Assembly: GCF_009914755.1 (NCBI RefSeq)
Contig: NC_060929.1
From: the human T2T-CHM13v2.0 reference genome, Homo sapiens
Direction: 5' to 3' (one strand)
DNA length: 64,000 nt
This document shows, one piece after another, positions 12,211-26,315 of this stretch. Made by a program: the position numbers and the translations under genes. The first letter of the stretch is position 1, and every line of letters starts with the position of its first letter. The notes beneath the pieces were generated by a model. That model saw only the letters and a program-made list of their open reading frames with translations. It did not search any database and was not told the origin of the DNA.

Positions 12211-14619
12211 TTTATGGTACCTGTATATACCTCTGCAATATGTATTTGCTATTCAAACCTGCCTTATATTGGTTGTGGCAGGCAGGCTCACAGGACCTTG
12301 GATAAAGACAGGATGGGATTAGTTGGAGAGTGGTGGTTTATTATATCAGAATCACCTAGTGGGCTTTAAAAATTATCTGTGTGCCTCAAACTTGTGAGAT
12401 TCACTAAACAAATGTGTCTTATCACAAAATTTTCTAATATATGTGCTATACTTATATCCTTCAGAAAATATTATCAAGTCTAATCCTCAATAATTAAATA
12501 CTAAGTGAAATGGCCTTTTTAAACTTACAGTAACTACAGATAACTTCAATCATTACATTTTTTCGCTGTAATGCCATGCCTACATAAAGTTTTAATATAC
12601 ATAAGATACATATCAAAGACATAATATATTAGACAAGTACAACTCTTCAATTTCTTAACTTTTAAGATACATAATTGCTCACTATGAAGACTTAAATGGA
12701 GATCATCACTTTTCTAATTAATTTTTTTGTTTCATCCTTCTTACTAATTGAAAATAGGCTTTCAATATAGAATGCTTTGAAATTGGATGAAGAGACAGAA
12801 CTGGAAATGGACTTAATTAACTACAAACTGTCCAAATCAATCCTAGTTTGACAGTGCCTCAGTAACACATACAGTTCGTAATTTATTTGAAATCTGCTGT
12901 AATGCACATGCCATAAATTGCACAGAAGCCATGCTCACTGTGCACAAAATTTAGTGCCAGGCTACGAAGTTGCACTGGGAAAAAACTGTCCCTTCAACAC
13001 AGACTATTTTGGAAAGATACAGTTTTACTTTTTCATTTAGGCAACTAATGATCTCCTGAAAATAAGTGCTTTGCTTTTTGCCCCAATAAAATTTGACATT
13101 AAAAAAAAAACCCTTAAAAATGTTTCAGTGTGTTTCCAAGCAGTTAAGCATTATAAGGGGCACAGTTAGGTCTGCATGCTTTGTTACAGAGTCTCAGAGG
13201 GTCTATCTTGGAATAAATTAAATATTGTAGGTGATAGAGAAAAGTTTATGCCTATGAAATTCTATTATCCTCTTCTTAATATTATAAAAATAATTTTGTA
13301 GACATTCAAAACATATAATATTAAGTATAAAATTGATTAATCTCACTATCTTTTGGATTATCTTATATTTATGATTTTGAAGAAATCTGTGTTTCTTCAA
13401 CTAAAGAAAATTTATCTGTATCAAATTTTCCTTTGTCGAGAAGAATAACTGAGAAAGATTATGGCATATAGTTGACTAGGTCACCTTACAGAATATTTTT
13501 GGTCAAAGGGATCTCTAATTCTTACTCAGTGATCATTTTTCACATGCAGATATCCTAAGCATACATTTAGTTTCCTATATTCCCCAACTACTTAAGAAAC
13601 ATAAGTAGCCACTACATTATCATTAACTTATTTCAATTCTTGAATATATGTGTTTAAATAAGAAGGGAAGTAATATTTACTGTGTGCTTCCAATTTGCAA
13701 GCCGCAAAAATCCTACAAGGGTTTTGTTATTGCTTTTTATTCCTATGTAAGAAATGCTAGAAATATGTGATGAGTTATGGGGATAATTCAAGAAGAGGAA
13801 ACTCAGTCATCTTACATAAATGTCTAGCTCATACCAACACACACATAATTTCAAGTTTCTGGAAGAAATGGTAGTTGGCTAAAAAAATATTTTATTTTTC
13901 ATGAGGTGTTCACAGAAATTATATGGCTGCACCATATCTCAGATCAAATGATTTTTCAAGCCTGTGCAACAAATTATGGTAATACCATCATTGACCTATC
14001 TTTAACCACCTGAAAATATGGGCAATTTTAAATAGGAATGAGTGGTATGTTTGAAATGGTAGGAATTGACTTAGAAAAGCCACAGGAAAGAATAGAGCAG
14101 AAAAAATATATACAATTGTGGGAGAAAAAGACATGAAAATCCATTAGGTCTTTTGTAATGAAAAAAAAGTTATTTTAGTCAAGATACCATTTTCTACTTT
14201 GAAAAAATATAAACTCTTCTCCTGACTGAAGCCATGATTTACTAATTATCAAGTGCAAAGAAAAATGCACATCAATGCTTGTTTGTTTTGTTTCATTTTT
14301 AATAGGATTATGATTAGCTCAATTTTTCTACTATTAAACAGAAGAAAAAATTAGGCCAATAAATAGAAAAGGTATTATAATTTTTATTTCTTTTTACTAT
14401 CTTTTGAAAAAAAAACAACACTGAATGCTGCTTGAGCTGAACTGAGTCTTAGGATGTAAATTGGAGGTTGATAAACAGGAAACTAACAGGTATATCATGA
14501 TTCCAGAGTCTAAGACATAAGATGTTACTGATTTGGGGGCAAAGTGTGCAACCAAAAGTGGGCAAAATGTTTTCTCACAAAGTAAAGTCTATAAAGAACC
14601 AAAGGGAAAACTATAAGCC

Positions 14620-15138
14620 TAATAAAACCAACTGGAATTGGCTGCTGAAAAGAAAATATTTATTAGCAAATTAATTATAAATGATCGCTATCATATAGTA
14701 ATTTGGGGTCTCATATAACTAAATGAATTTAGGAGTAAGGACACTTTCTGAAGTAGCTTGAATGGGGGTATCCTGGGTGTCACTAAGACATGGCTTCTGG
14801 CCTCTTTGTCCCTAGGATTCTTATATGTCTTAATGTCATGGGTACATTATAAATGGTGACAGGATAGAGGTAGCATCCCTAGCCCATATGCTTTCAAGTT
14901 CAAAATTATTGGTGGTAATTTCTAACCGCAACTTTGTTAAAAAACTGACAAACCTTTAGCTCTGATTGGGTCACATTTCATTCCTGACTAGTAACTGTGT
15001 CCACTCTAGAGCTGGGAGTGTATCAGCCCCAACCAGCTGCAAATGTGGAGAAGGCTGGCTGCTCAAAGAAAGTTTGGGGAACTTCTCTACCTGTGGGATG
15101 AATGGGTGCTGATTGTCAAAAATAACAGATACCCACTT
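14620..15138 (-). mobile_element. Old MaLR LTR (MLT1K/L-like)
   Basis: CTCTGATTGGGTCACAT, CTAGAGCTGGGAGTGTATCAGCCCC and GAATGGGTGCTG...AACAGATACCCACT. Confidence 0.5.
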
Positions 15139-15587
15139 TAGGGCTACTTAGAAAATATTAGTGGCCTCTCTCTTTGATTGCAGCAAGGTTATTGAATATA
15201 CTTAGAGGAAAAAACCTTATGGCTATTCATCCAACAAATATTTTTGGAGCACCTGGTATGTTATGGACACAACCCTGATCTCATGAAGGGTATAGTCTGG
15301 TGGGGTAAGTGCCGCATGGTTCATGTGTACTGTCATTTTACCTCCTTACCAATAATAACTCCACTTGTACAAAATATTTCATATTCCTCTGTGTTTGGTA
15401 ACAGCAGAAATCATGCAACATACAAATAATAAACCAACATTCTGTGTATGAAGAAACTAATTTGTATATTTTCAAGCACAATTTTTAAAAATATGAGATA
15501 TGGAGGTAAAAAATGATAAATTACTTTCTGCCTTGTTTCAAAACTAATGCATGTGTATTGTGACAGATTAAAAACGTATAGAAGTGT

Positions 15588-16270
15588 TATTAAAAAGTCA
15601 TAACATAACAGATACTGGTGAGGTTGTAGAGAAAAGGCAAAACTTTTATACTGTTGGTGGGAGTGTAAATTGGTTCAACCATTGTGGAAAGCAGTGTGGT
15701 GATGCCCCAAAACCTGAAAGCAAAACTACCATTTGACTCAGCAATCCCATTACTGGGTATATACTCAGAGAAATATAAATCATTCTACCATAAAGACACA
15801 TGCACGTGAATGTTCATTGCAGCACCATTCAGAATAGCAAAGACATGGAATCAACCTAAATGCCCATCAATGACAGATTGGATAAAGAAAATGTGGTACA
15901 TATACACCATGGAATACTATACAGCCATAAAAAAGAATGAGATAATGTCTTTTGCAGGAACCTAGATGGAGTTGGTGGCTATTACACTTAGAAGACTAAC
16001 ACAGGTACAGAAGATCAAATACCACATGTTCTCACTTAAAAGCTGGAGCTAAATGATGAGAACTTATGAACACAAAGAAGGAAACAACAGACACTAGGAT
16101 CTACTTGAGGGTGGAGGGTGGGAGGAGGGAGAGGAGCAGAAAAGATAACTATTGGGTACTGGGCTTAATTCCTGGGTGATGAAATAATCTGTACAACAAA
16201 CCTCCATGACATAATTTTACCTATCTAACAAACCTTCTCATGTACCCTTTAACCTAAAATAAAATGATTA
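15588..16270 (+). mobile_element. L1PA16-like 3' fragment (ORF2 end plus 3' UTR)
   Basis: GAGAGGAGCAGAAAAGATAACTATTGGGTACTGGGCTTAATTCCTGGGTGATGAAATAATCTGTACAAC 3' UTR signature; ORF2 C-terminal sequence is disrupted. Confidence 0.92.
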
Positions 16271-16409
16271 ATTAAAACAAGTACATGGAAGTGAAAAAAA
16301 TAAAACGCAAAAATTTGTACCCCACATCCTCACCCATAACCTCACTCTTTAGATGAGGGGTGAGCCAGCTGTCAGCAGTTTTGTATGTATTCTTTCTGAA
16401 CTTAGAATG

Positions 16410-17097
16410 CTCCAGCAACTAAAGCATCAAGTCTAAGCCCTTCAACATATTATTTAATGGCTGACCACAGGCCCTGCGCTGCCTTTTCTACTCTCTTTTA
16501 ACACCGTCCCTAAGGTCCTGTTGCTCCAGTTACACTTGACTTCTTGCTCTCTCCAGACTGTATCTCCACTTTACTTCTTGGTCCCTTTACTGATGATAGT
16601 ACTATTATGTAGAGTTCCCTTCTACCCCAGACCTCCACTGGTAAAATCCTAATCATCTTTCAAGAAACAGCACGGTTGCTATTATCTTCTGTTAGCATTT
16701 GTTATGATTGTATTATATCATTTCATGTTTCTCCTATGTCAAGTGTATTATAATAATAACACTCCCTCTGAACTGTGAGCCATTAATTACACTTTTGTTA
16801 CTCATTAATCTTCCTGTGCTTCAGAGGTATATGGCAGGGGTTGGCAAAACTATAGCTTGCTGCCAAAATTTGGCTCCTGTGTGTGTAAGGAAAGTTTCAT
16901 TTTAACTCAGTCATTCCAAGCATTATCTATTGTTTATGGAAGCCTGTGTGCTACAACAGCATCTGATGAGTAGCTGTGAAAGAGTCACATGGCTTACAGT
17001 CCAAACTAATCTCTGGTGTTTTACAGAAAAGGTTTGCTGATCCCTGGTGTAAAGTTTTGCACATAATGAATGTCCAGTAAATACTCGATGAAATGTG
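16410..17097 (+). mobile_element. L2 3' region, interrupted by MER58A
   Basis: Pyrimidine-rich L2 motifs; resumes after the MITE as GCACATAATG...GTAAATACTCGATGAA. Confidence 0.55.
16835..17046 (+). mobile_element. MER58A hAT-Charlie MITE
   Basis: TIRs CAGGGGTTGGCAAA ... TTTGCTGATCCCTG. Confidence 0.85.
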
Positions 17098-17877
17098 TAC
17101 ATGAGTATTCTTTGGCTCCTACCCCCCAGAAGTACAGCCCTGAATTTCAATGACTCAGTTATTTTATCACCACAATGCAAAAACCCTGTTGAACCAATGT
17201 CTGCCCCATTTGGATGTTTTATTTGATTTTGCGTGAGTAGTCTAGGTCTGGGTAGTGGAGGTGAAGTGGCAGTAAAATAGAGGACAAGATCATTTTTTTC
17301 ATGTCAGTTTATATTGGCAGGAAGTTACCTTTCCTTCCACAATCAAATGTTTGTAGGGTGAAAGTTTTATGTACCATTTTATATAGATGCATCAAGAATA
17401 TTTTACAAGTTGCTGTTACAACAACCAAAAATATGCTTTGAAAAAATTGCTTGTGCTGACAGGAAATATTTCCAGAATGAAAATCTTGGTTATGATCATT
17501 TGGGTTACAGAAAGCATTTTGTTTATATCTGAGATACAACTTAAAGTTTCTCAAAATCTTCTAGCTCAGCTTTCAATGAAAAGAACACTTCCTCTTTGAA
17601 AGAGATGAAAAAACTACCCATGTAATATTTTAGCTGCCAAGAAGTGGTCAGACTTTACATCTTGAAACTTTGCTTTTCAAGTTCAACCTTAAAGACATGT
17701 TTAAGAAAAGTCCCTAATCCCTGAACAAGACAAATTGCTTTGGCTGAAGAAGATTCTAATGAGATGAGTTTTACAGTTGAAGAAGTTTGCAATTTGTCTT
17801 CAGAATTTTCGATTGCAGATAAACCTTACCAAAATCTGACCTCAGCACATTTGATTATTTGGAAAATATGCAACTCT

Positions 17878-18120
17878 AATGTAATAAAAAGCACATAGGT
17901 TTTGAAGACAGATCACAGAGTCATGTCACATCTTCCATTTACTAGTATTTGGTTGTTGTTGACTGACTTTGCCAAGTCATAAACACCTATTACCTCAGTA
18001 AAAAGTAAAACAGAGATAAAAATACTCATTTCATGCCTTTTTTGAGAGGATTAAATAAGATATAAGTAAAAATGGCTAACATAGCTTGACTATAATAGAA
18101 AAATCTATAAACATTGATAG
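17878..18120 (+). mobile_element. MIR
   Basis: GGTTTTGAAGACAGA...GACTTTGCCAAGTCA...TGAGAGGATTAAATAAGATA. Confidence 0.6.
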
Positions 18121-19569
18121 TCTATAAAATTAAAATCTAGTTTAATGGTCTAATAGAAATATTTCAATTTTTTATCTTTGCTGATATAATCCCATTAACA
18201 ACAAAATAGCCAAACCATGGCATCTGTATTTGAAGATCTCAAAGTTCCAGAGAGTATTAAACTTTTGGCAATCGTCTATTACCAAAAACACCATCAAGAC
18301 TGGCCTTTTATAGATAATTAGTTCATAGTCATTGGAAATAGGGCCTCCTGTATTAAGTGTTTGATAATAGTTGACCACCGAGAAATGGAGAACCTTCACT
18401 AATTTACTCTCCTAGAATCACCCTGCCAGTCTATAAAGGTGACAACTCCCAAACTGAATCAGAGCTGTAACTTCAAGAAGAAAGAGTGTATTCTTCATTA
18501 CGAAGCCCTCAAGTTAGTGAGATTCTGTGCCCTCATTTTTCCTTTATGCATTTAATATTATTCATTGGTTTCAGTTGAGCTGGCTGGAAAAAGCCCTTTG
18601 TTTGGTTCTTAATCATTCCATTTGAAAATGGCAAGTTTGCTGTCTGTGCCGGTTTTCTAGAATTATCCCTCAGCACCATAAACTAATTGGACGTTTTAAA
18701 TTTAAAATGAGAAATCATTAGAATTGCAATAAGGTGAAATTATGAGAAGATCATACCAATACAAGTACCTGAATGTGTCATGCTTCTGAGAAAGACTTAA
18801 ACAAATTAAGATTTAAACCTTGACACTAAAGAGAAAATTTAGATTTCAACACTATGCTGCAGAAATCTTAAAGCATTTAAAAAAAATAGGTTGCAGGAAA
18901 GACTGTCCATGAAATGAGAGACTTCTCACATATCTCTGTCAGAGGTCAAACATGTCAGTGTTTTTAGGTTGTAAATTTGCCATGTTTTGCTAGGTATGGG
19001 AAATAGGTTATAAATCTCTATTGAGTTCAACTGAGTAATTTCAGTGAAAAACACATGAATTTCACAGAAGTGAAAGCTAAATTACCTTTCCCTCTTAATC
19101 AATGTAGACAACCAATTAGAAATGTGGTGGCTTTAAAGTTTCTCTTTTTTTTGTACTCAACAAAATATTAGTGCCTAAATTATCTGGCTAAATGATTTTG
19201 CTTCTTCTAATCATAAAAATTCTCTCTTAAATGCAATTTCTTTTTGTCAAGGTAAAAAAAAATACTTTGTGTTTTTTAATATTTTTTTAATTTAAATATT
19301 TGTAGAGGCATTTGTGCTTTTCCTGAAGGCATAATTCAGGCAACTTTGAAGTTAATCTGTTAGTAAATTATAAATGAATGTTTCTTAGCTAATATTATGC
19401 TAGTTTAAGGGATTTATGTTTATGCAAGCCAAGATTTTGTTTGGACAAACAAGTTAAGCAAATATGAAAAACAGAAATAAACGAGAGTGAACCATACATT
19501 GTTCAATCTTCTGGAATAATCTCAGTCTATATAAAAGCGAGTCCTTGTGATTTAGAGATACAGATAGGA

Positions 19570-19865
19570 ACAACTTCCTGAAGGTAAGATTTCAAAGATC
19601 GGCAGGATTTTTAAAAGGCTGAGTAGGAATGTGGATAAGAAGGACATGTTTTAAGCATGATCAAAAGAGAGAGACAGCTTTGGAAAGGGAGAAAACTGTC
19701 TGGAGTCAAGTGGTCAGGCAGGAAACTAGGAAAAGAAGGTTACCAAGGAAGACAAGGGACATGATAAAAAAGAGCTGAAAAAAGTGGGCAGACCCTTAAC
19801 ATTGTGAGAACAGGGAGCCATTCTGATTATTAATCAAGGGAGAGACATAATATTCTGTGTGTTTC
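19570..19865 (-). mobile_element. Decayed L2 fragment
   Basis: Purine-rich; GGGAGCCATT...AAGGGAGAGACATAAT resembles antisense L2. Confidence 0.4.
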
Positions 19866-19884
19866 AGTTTCTAAGAGGCATTTG

Positions 19885-20138
19885 AGAGGAGTGGTCAAGT
19901 TCACACTCTGGAATCAGACTTCCTGGGTTTAAAACAAACATACTCCTCTTGCTATGTGTTTACACGCGTGTGTGCGTGCGCATGTGTGTGTGTGTGTGTT
20001 TGCCTAAAGGCATCTTAAAATAAAAATAAAAATGATTCTTATATTCTAGGGTTGTAGAGAAGATTAAATCAGTGAATGTACTGAAGGTACTTAGAAACTA
20101 GGACATAGTGAGCACTTAAAAAATACTGGCTACCTATT
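19885..20138 (+). mobile_element. MIR containing a (TG/CG)n tract
   Basis: CTCTGGAATCAGACTTCCTGGGTTTAAA...AGATTAAAT...GGACATAGTGAGCACTTAAAAAAT. Confidence 0.75.
19961..19999. repeat. Alternating purine-pyrimidine microsatellite
   Basis: TACACGCGTGTGTGCGTGCGCATGTGTGTG...; 39 bp of uninterrupted YR alternation. Confidence 0.9.
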
Positions 20139-20185
20139 TTATGGAGAGGGAGACTTCATCTGCCAACGACGTAGAGGATGGCTTA

Positions 20186-20588
20186 TGTGTTAGTCAGTTT
20201 TTGCATTGCTCTAAATACTTGAGGCTGGGTAATTTATAAAGAAAAGAGGCTTAATTGGCTCACGGTTCTGCAGATTTTATAGGAAACATGGTGCTGGCAT
20301 CTGCTTCTGGTGAGGCCTCAGGAAGCTTACAATCATGGCAGAAGGTGAAGCAAGGGCAGGTGTGCCACATGGTGGCAGCAGGAGAAAGAGAAGAGAGAGA
20401 GGGAGGAAATGCCACACACTTTGAAAGGACCAGATCTCAAAAGAACTCACTATCGTGAGGCTATCACCAAGTCGTTCATAAAGGATCCCCCCTTATGACC
20501 CAAACACCTCTCACCAGGTCCCAAATTCAACACTGGGAATTACATTTCAACATGAGATTTGGAAGAGACAAACATCCAAAGTATATCG
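20186..20588 (-). mobile_element. MST (MSTB-like) MaLR solo LTR
   Basis: TGTGTTAGTC...ACATCCAAAGTATATCG; TSD GCTTA at 20181-20185 and 20589-20593. Confidence 0.92.
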
Positions 20589-20987
20589 GCTTAGAAGCAG
20601 AAGAACCTGGGACAAAATAAACAATCAAGTCTGGTGCAGTCATCACTAGACCCCAGACTCCTTAAAGTCATAGATCCTATTAAATTTAGTCTTACATCTC
20701 TCATAGCCAGGAGAGTGCCATGTACATAAAAGATACTCAATACACACTGAATATTATTAGAGAATGAGGTGAAGCAGACATAGACCTATTGTAGCAGTAT
20801 GTTGGAAAAAAAAAAGCACATATGGGCAGTGTTTTAAAGGAAGAACTGTACTGTTGAATGATTTATAGTCCAGCCCCAGTTTCATAACTCAATAGCCCTT
20901 TAATATTGATTAGGTCATTGTATGCTTCTGAGATTTTTTTCCAGTGAGGGCAATGATACTTAGAGTATTATTGTGAAAATTACTGAA

Positions 20988-21190
20988 GTTTCCTCACATC
21001 GTGGTACAGAGAGGGAGGAAGAGAGCACTCACACAGTCAAGCTCTTTCCTATTTCTTCTGAGAAGGTCACTAATCCCATTATGGAGCCACCATTCTTATG
21101 GCCAAATTACCTCCCCAAAGCCCCATCACAGCAGGGATTAGGGTTTCAACACATGAATTTAGTGGGGACATAAACATTCATTCTTTAGCA
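20988..21190 (-). mobile_element. MLT1A/MSTD-type LTR fragment
   Basis: CACTAATCCCATT...GGGGACATAAACATTCATTCTTTAGCA. Confidence 0.75.
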
Positions 21191-21409
21191 AAAGTAAAAA
21201 GGATTCTGAAGTCTGGGAAAGGGTGTTCATTTGGGAGAAATACTTGGTTAATTTTTTTTATAAGTTTGAGGTGATAGCTTAACTCTCTTTGCAACAAAAT
21301 CACTTCAAATTAAAAAAAAAAAAGGATTTGTAGTCTACTTTCTGAATGAGCACGTTACTATTCCATAGACTGAAAACATTCCTTAAACTAACACAAAGAG
21401 CAATAATAC

Positions 21410-21713
21410 TTTTTATTTTACTGTATTTTTTGGAGACAGAGTTTCATTCTGTTGTCCGGACTGGAGTACAGCAGCATGATCATGGCTCAGTGCTGTCTTG
21501 ACCTCCCAGGCTCAGGTGATCCTCCTGCCTCAGCCTCCGAAGTAGCTGGGACCACAAGTGCATGCCACTGTACTTGGCTAATTTTTTTATTATTTGTAGA
21601 GACAGGGGTCTCCCTATGTTGCCTAGGCTGGGATCAAACTCCTGGGCTCAAGCAATCTTCTTGCCTCAGCCTCCCAAAGTTCTGGGACAAGCCATGAGCC
21701 ACTGTGCCAGGCC
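21410..21713 (-). mobile_element. AluJ
   Basis: Antisense dimer with CTCCTGGGCTCAAGCAATC; degenerate TSD AGCAnTAnTAC. Confidence 0.93.
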
Positions 21714-21788
21714 AGCAGTACTACCCTTGATGACATTACTCAAGAGATAATGTGTCATTTGCATGAAAAATAAACAGATGCATGTTTC

Positions 21789-21865
21789 TGTGTGTGTATA
21801 TATATTTATGTATACATGTATACATATACACATGTATACAAGTACAAACACATATATACACATAT
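21789..21865. repeat. (TG/TA/CA)n low-complexity tract
   Basis: TGTGTGTGTATATATAT...TATACATGTATACATATACAC. Confidence 0.8.
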
Positions 21866-22087
21866 CTATTCACAAAAGCCGTATGGTTTCTGAGGTCCAC
21901 AGGCCATAGTAAGAGACCTGGTGCCATATTTTTATATATATAAATAAAATTACATAATGAGAGTTGTGATAGTTGGGAATAGCAATTGTAGTTGCTCTAG
22001 TCCTGGTCTCTATTGTGTAGTGGTATACAGGCTGACATTGTTCTAATCCTGATCTTAAACAAGATAGGTTTTCTGGGTCCATTTCTT

Positions 22088-22402
22088 TTCTTTTCTCTCT
22101 CTCTCTTTTTTTTTTTTTTTTGAGATGGAGTCTCACTCTGTTGCCCAGGCTGGAGTGCAGTGGCACGATCTTGGCTCACTGTAACCTCAGCCTCCTGGGT
22201 TCAAGCAGTTCCCTGCCTCAGCCTCCCAAGTAGCTGGGATTACAGGTGCCCACCACCACGCCTGGCTAATTTTTGTAGTTTTAGTAGAGACGGGGTTTCA
22301 ACATGTTGGCCAGGCTGGTCTCAAACTCCTGACCTCAGGTGATCCTCCTGCCTTGGCCTCCGAAAGTACGGGGATTACAGGCATGAGCCACTGCATCTGG
22401 CG
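22088..22402 (-). mobile_element. AluSx-like
   Basis: Perfect 16-bp TSD TCTGGGTCCATTTCTT at 22072-22087 and 22403-22418. Confidence 0.96.
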
Positions 22403-22937
22403 TCTGGGTCCATTTCTTACTGATAAAGTGAGCTGAAAATATTTGAGAAACTCTTGGGCATTACCACCATTAATACTACCTTACCATGATGAATTCTACC
22501 ATCATAGCTTGATTTTTCTGAAGCTTTTTGGATCATCTATAGTTCCTTCTGAAATTCAAGCATTTCTTTGTGCAGTTGAGTCCTGATAGTGAGTTATCAG
22601 CCTCTACATTAACTGACAGCCTGCAGGAAAAAGATGGGGTTCAGTGCCCAGCAGTGGCTGTAGTATTGAACTATATGCATCCTGAGTGTTAGTGAAATAG
22701 AACTTGACTAGTTGTTCCCATTTTGGAGGATATTTTTTCACAAAAGGTCTTAAATCTAATTTTAAGAATGACACCAAAGGTAAGGCATCTTCAGAATAAT
22801 TGAGATTTACTTAAACTGTGGAATATGAGCAGATCACATGTTTTACAGGCTTTATCACCTTAAAAGGTCAAGTATTCTATTATAACAGTGATGTACTCAG
22901 TAATTTAGAAAAGCTTTGCCTTAACTAGGGCTCCTAG

Positions 22938-23244
22938 TGTGGTACATTGTTTGCAAAGAGCACTAAAATATTTTTTTCCAATCCACATGCCTTTTTCAAA
23001 TTAAAATTTTCCCTTCCTCTTATCAAGAAGAAAAATCTATGCTCCTTCCCTTCCAAACTGAACAGAGCCTGTGACATGCTTTGAACGATAGAATGACACA
23101 GAAGTGATTTTGAGGGACTTCCAAGGTTATGCCTTAAGAGGTCTTGAAGCTTCTGTTTTTGTCATCTTGGACCCTTGAGAACAAATCCCTGTTGTCTTAT
23201 GGCACTGTGTTCTAGGATGATTTGTTAGGCAGGAAAAGAAAGCT
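22938..23244 (+). mobile_element. MLT1F/G-like LTR, internally deleted
   Basis: GCCTGTGACATGCTTTGAACGATAGAATG..AGAAGTGA..GACTTCCAAGG..CCTTAAGAGG. Confidence 0.6.
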
Positions 23245-23666
<422 letters not shown>

Positions 23667-24319
23667 TTATGAAAAACCCATATTCCCTCATCAATGAACT
23701 CATCGTCTCTTCCTAGGCTCATCTCTATGAAAAATTTCCAGCTAGCTTTGCGGTACTTAGAATGCTACATTTAATGGAGGAAATACTGAATATGATTTAT
23801 TACTCCATAAATCCTATGCCATTTTGCCTTTTTTCATTAATTATTGTTTTTTTAGTTTCTTGAAGATAATCGTAACTATATTCACATTCCTGTCACTTTC
23901 ACCTGGATGTTAGTTTCTCAAGGAGAAAATTCTGTCATCTAAATTTCTCTGCTGGAGAACAGCAGACTTCCCCTTGCAGTGGGTTCTGTGCTACCAGAGA
24001 TGCATGAGTTCCTTGACCCATATATGAAGCAAGTGCATAAACATGAATGGAAAAATGAATTAGTGAGGGGGTCAGTACAGGGTGGACAAAGAGTCATATA
24101 CATGCAAAGTTACAAATGGTTAATGCCGCAGTTCTTCCTTTCTGCTTGCACAGCTATAGCTTACCCAGAGAGGATTAGGACCCAGGAGGGGAGTAAGGTG
24201 TGATGCAAGAGAACATGGTGTCCCTTGCATTGAGGTTCAATTTTCTTTCTAGCTGAAGTTTTCACATCATACATAGCCCAATGCCAATTCATCTGGATAT
24301 ATGAGATTGTCCTGTGTGT

Positions 24320-24661
<342 letters not shown>

Positions 24662-24871
24662 TGATTATAACGTGGTGAATCTTCTATTTCTCTTATAATT
24701 GCATACATTGTGTGGCATATGCAATATTGGGCATTTATTTAATAAATGCTCCTAACAAATGGGATGAGTTGTGCTGGAAACTCTGATAAAATAATATGTT
24801 TGGGTGACTTAATCCAAAATTCTAACTCCTAATTTTGAAAGACTCAGAATAGCCTGAAACGTTTTCAAGTA

Positions 24872-25267
<396 letters not shown>

Positions 25268-25799
25268 TTAAAAGAAATAATATGGATGACAAATAATCAA
25301 TCTTAAAAATCTTTGAGCAACTATATTTAGGTATAATTACAACTGTTATTTTCTTAGCTAGCATATAATAGGTACTATGGTAAAATATATGCAAGCCTAT
25401 TAATTTAAAATGACACTATGGGGATGGTAACTACAAGCTAAGCTACAATATGTATGGAAAGTAATTATGCAAACTATGATAAAATAATATTACTCTTCTT
25501 GTTACTGGCTTATTTTTATGTGAGAATGCACTACTGAGAAACTTCTTACAAGGTTTTATTCAATTCTAATCAAGAGAATATTTATTTTTGGCTTAATCTG
25601 CCTATTGAGAGCATACACACTTGCTCTATCACATAATCCCTGAGGTAAAAATAAAATGTGTATGTTTCATCCCTATATAGGGATGCCCTACAATGGGTAT
25701 GGAGAGGCATTTTATGGCCAGGCTTTACTGTACACATTCTTTACCATCATGGAGTCATTTCAGCATGTAGAAAACATCAGAAGTGGCTATCTGGTAATA

Positions 25800-26315
25800 A
25801 AAATACCAGCATTTCTCTTATGTGAGAGGAAAGCAGATGCCAGTATCTACTCCATTTTGTCATGGTAAAGCTATCACTCATGGTGCCTGACTCACCTGGC
25901 CACAGGCTATAGGACTAGAGTGTCATCCCAACCAAAATTGCCATGGTCACAGATGTTGGGCCTGTGATAGCTCCACAAAATAAGGAGAGTCAGTAAAAAG
26001 CTTTCCTGTTATGTATGGAATGTGAAGAAAGAGGGCTCCCCTTTTTTTCAGATGTCAAACTATATGATCTCAAATCATGTAGCTGATTTGGTCATCTTTC
26101 ATGGCACATGGGAAACCTGCCTAAAATTGAAATCCCTTGACAAAGGGAATGAGCCAAGAGAGAAAGAAACAGTCCAAATGACATTGCTTGAGGCATTTAA
26201 CATTGCTTGTGTAAAGCCAGCTTCGTCTACCCATGGGCTTCCCATATGTAAACCCAATAAATTCTTTATTTGCTTAAACAAGTTTGAATTGGTTTTATAT
26301 CATTTAAAATCAAGC
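25800..26315 (+). mobile_element. Old MaLR LTR (MLT1J/K-like)
   Basis: 3' end CCAATAAATTC...GCTTAAACAAGTTTGAATTGG. Confidence 0.5.

Noticed and set aside
16109-16129. G-quadruplex motif GGGTGGAGGGTGGGAGGAGGG
   Set aside because: This is the ordinary G-rich tract of the L1 3' UTR and is not locus-specific.
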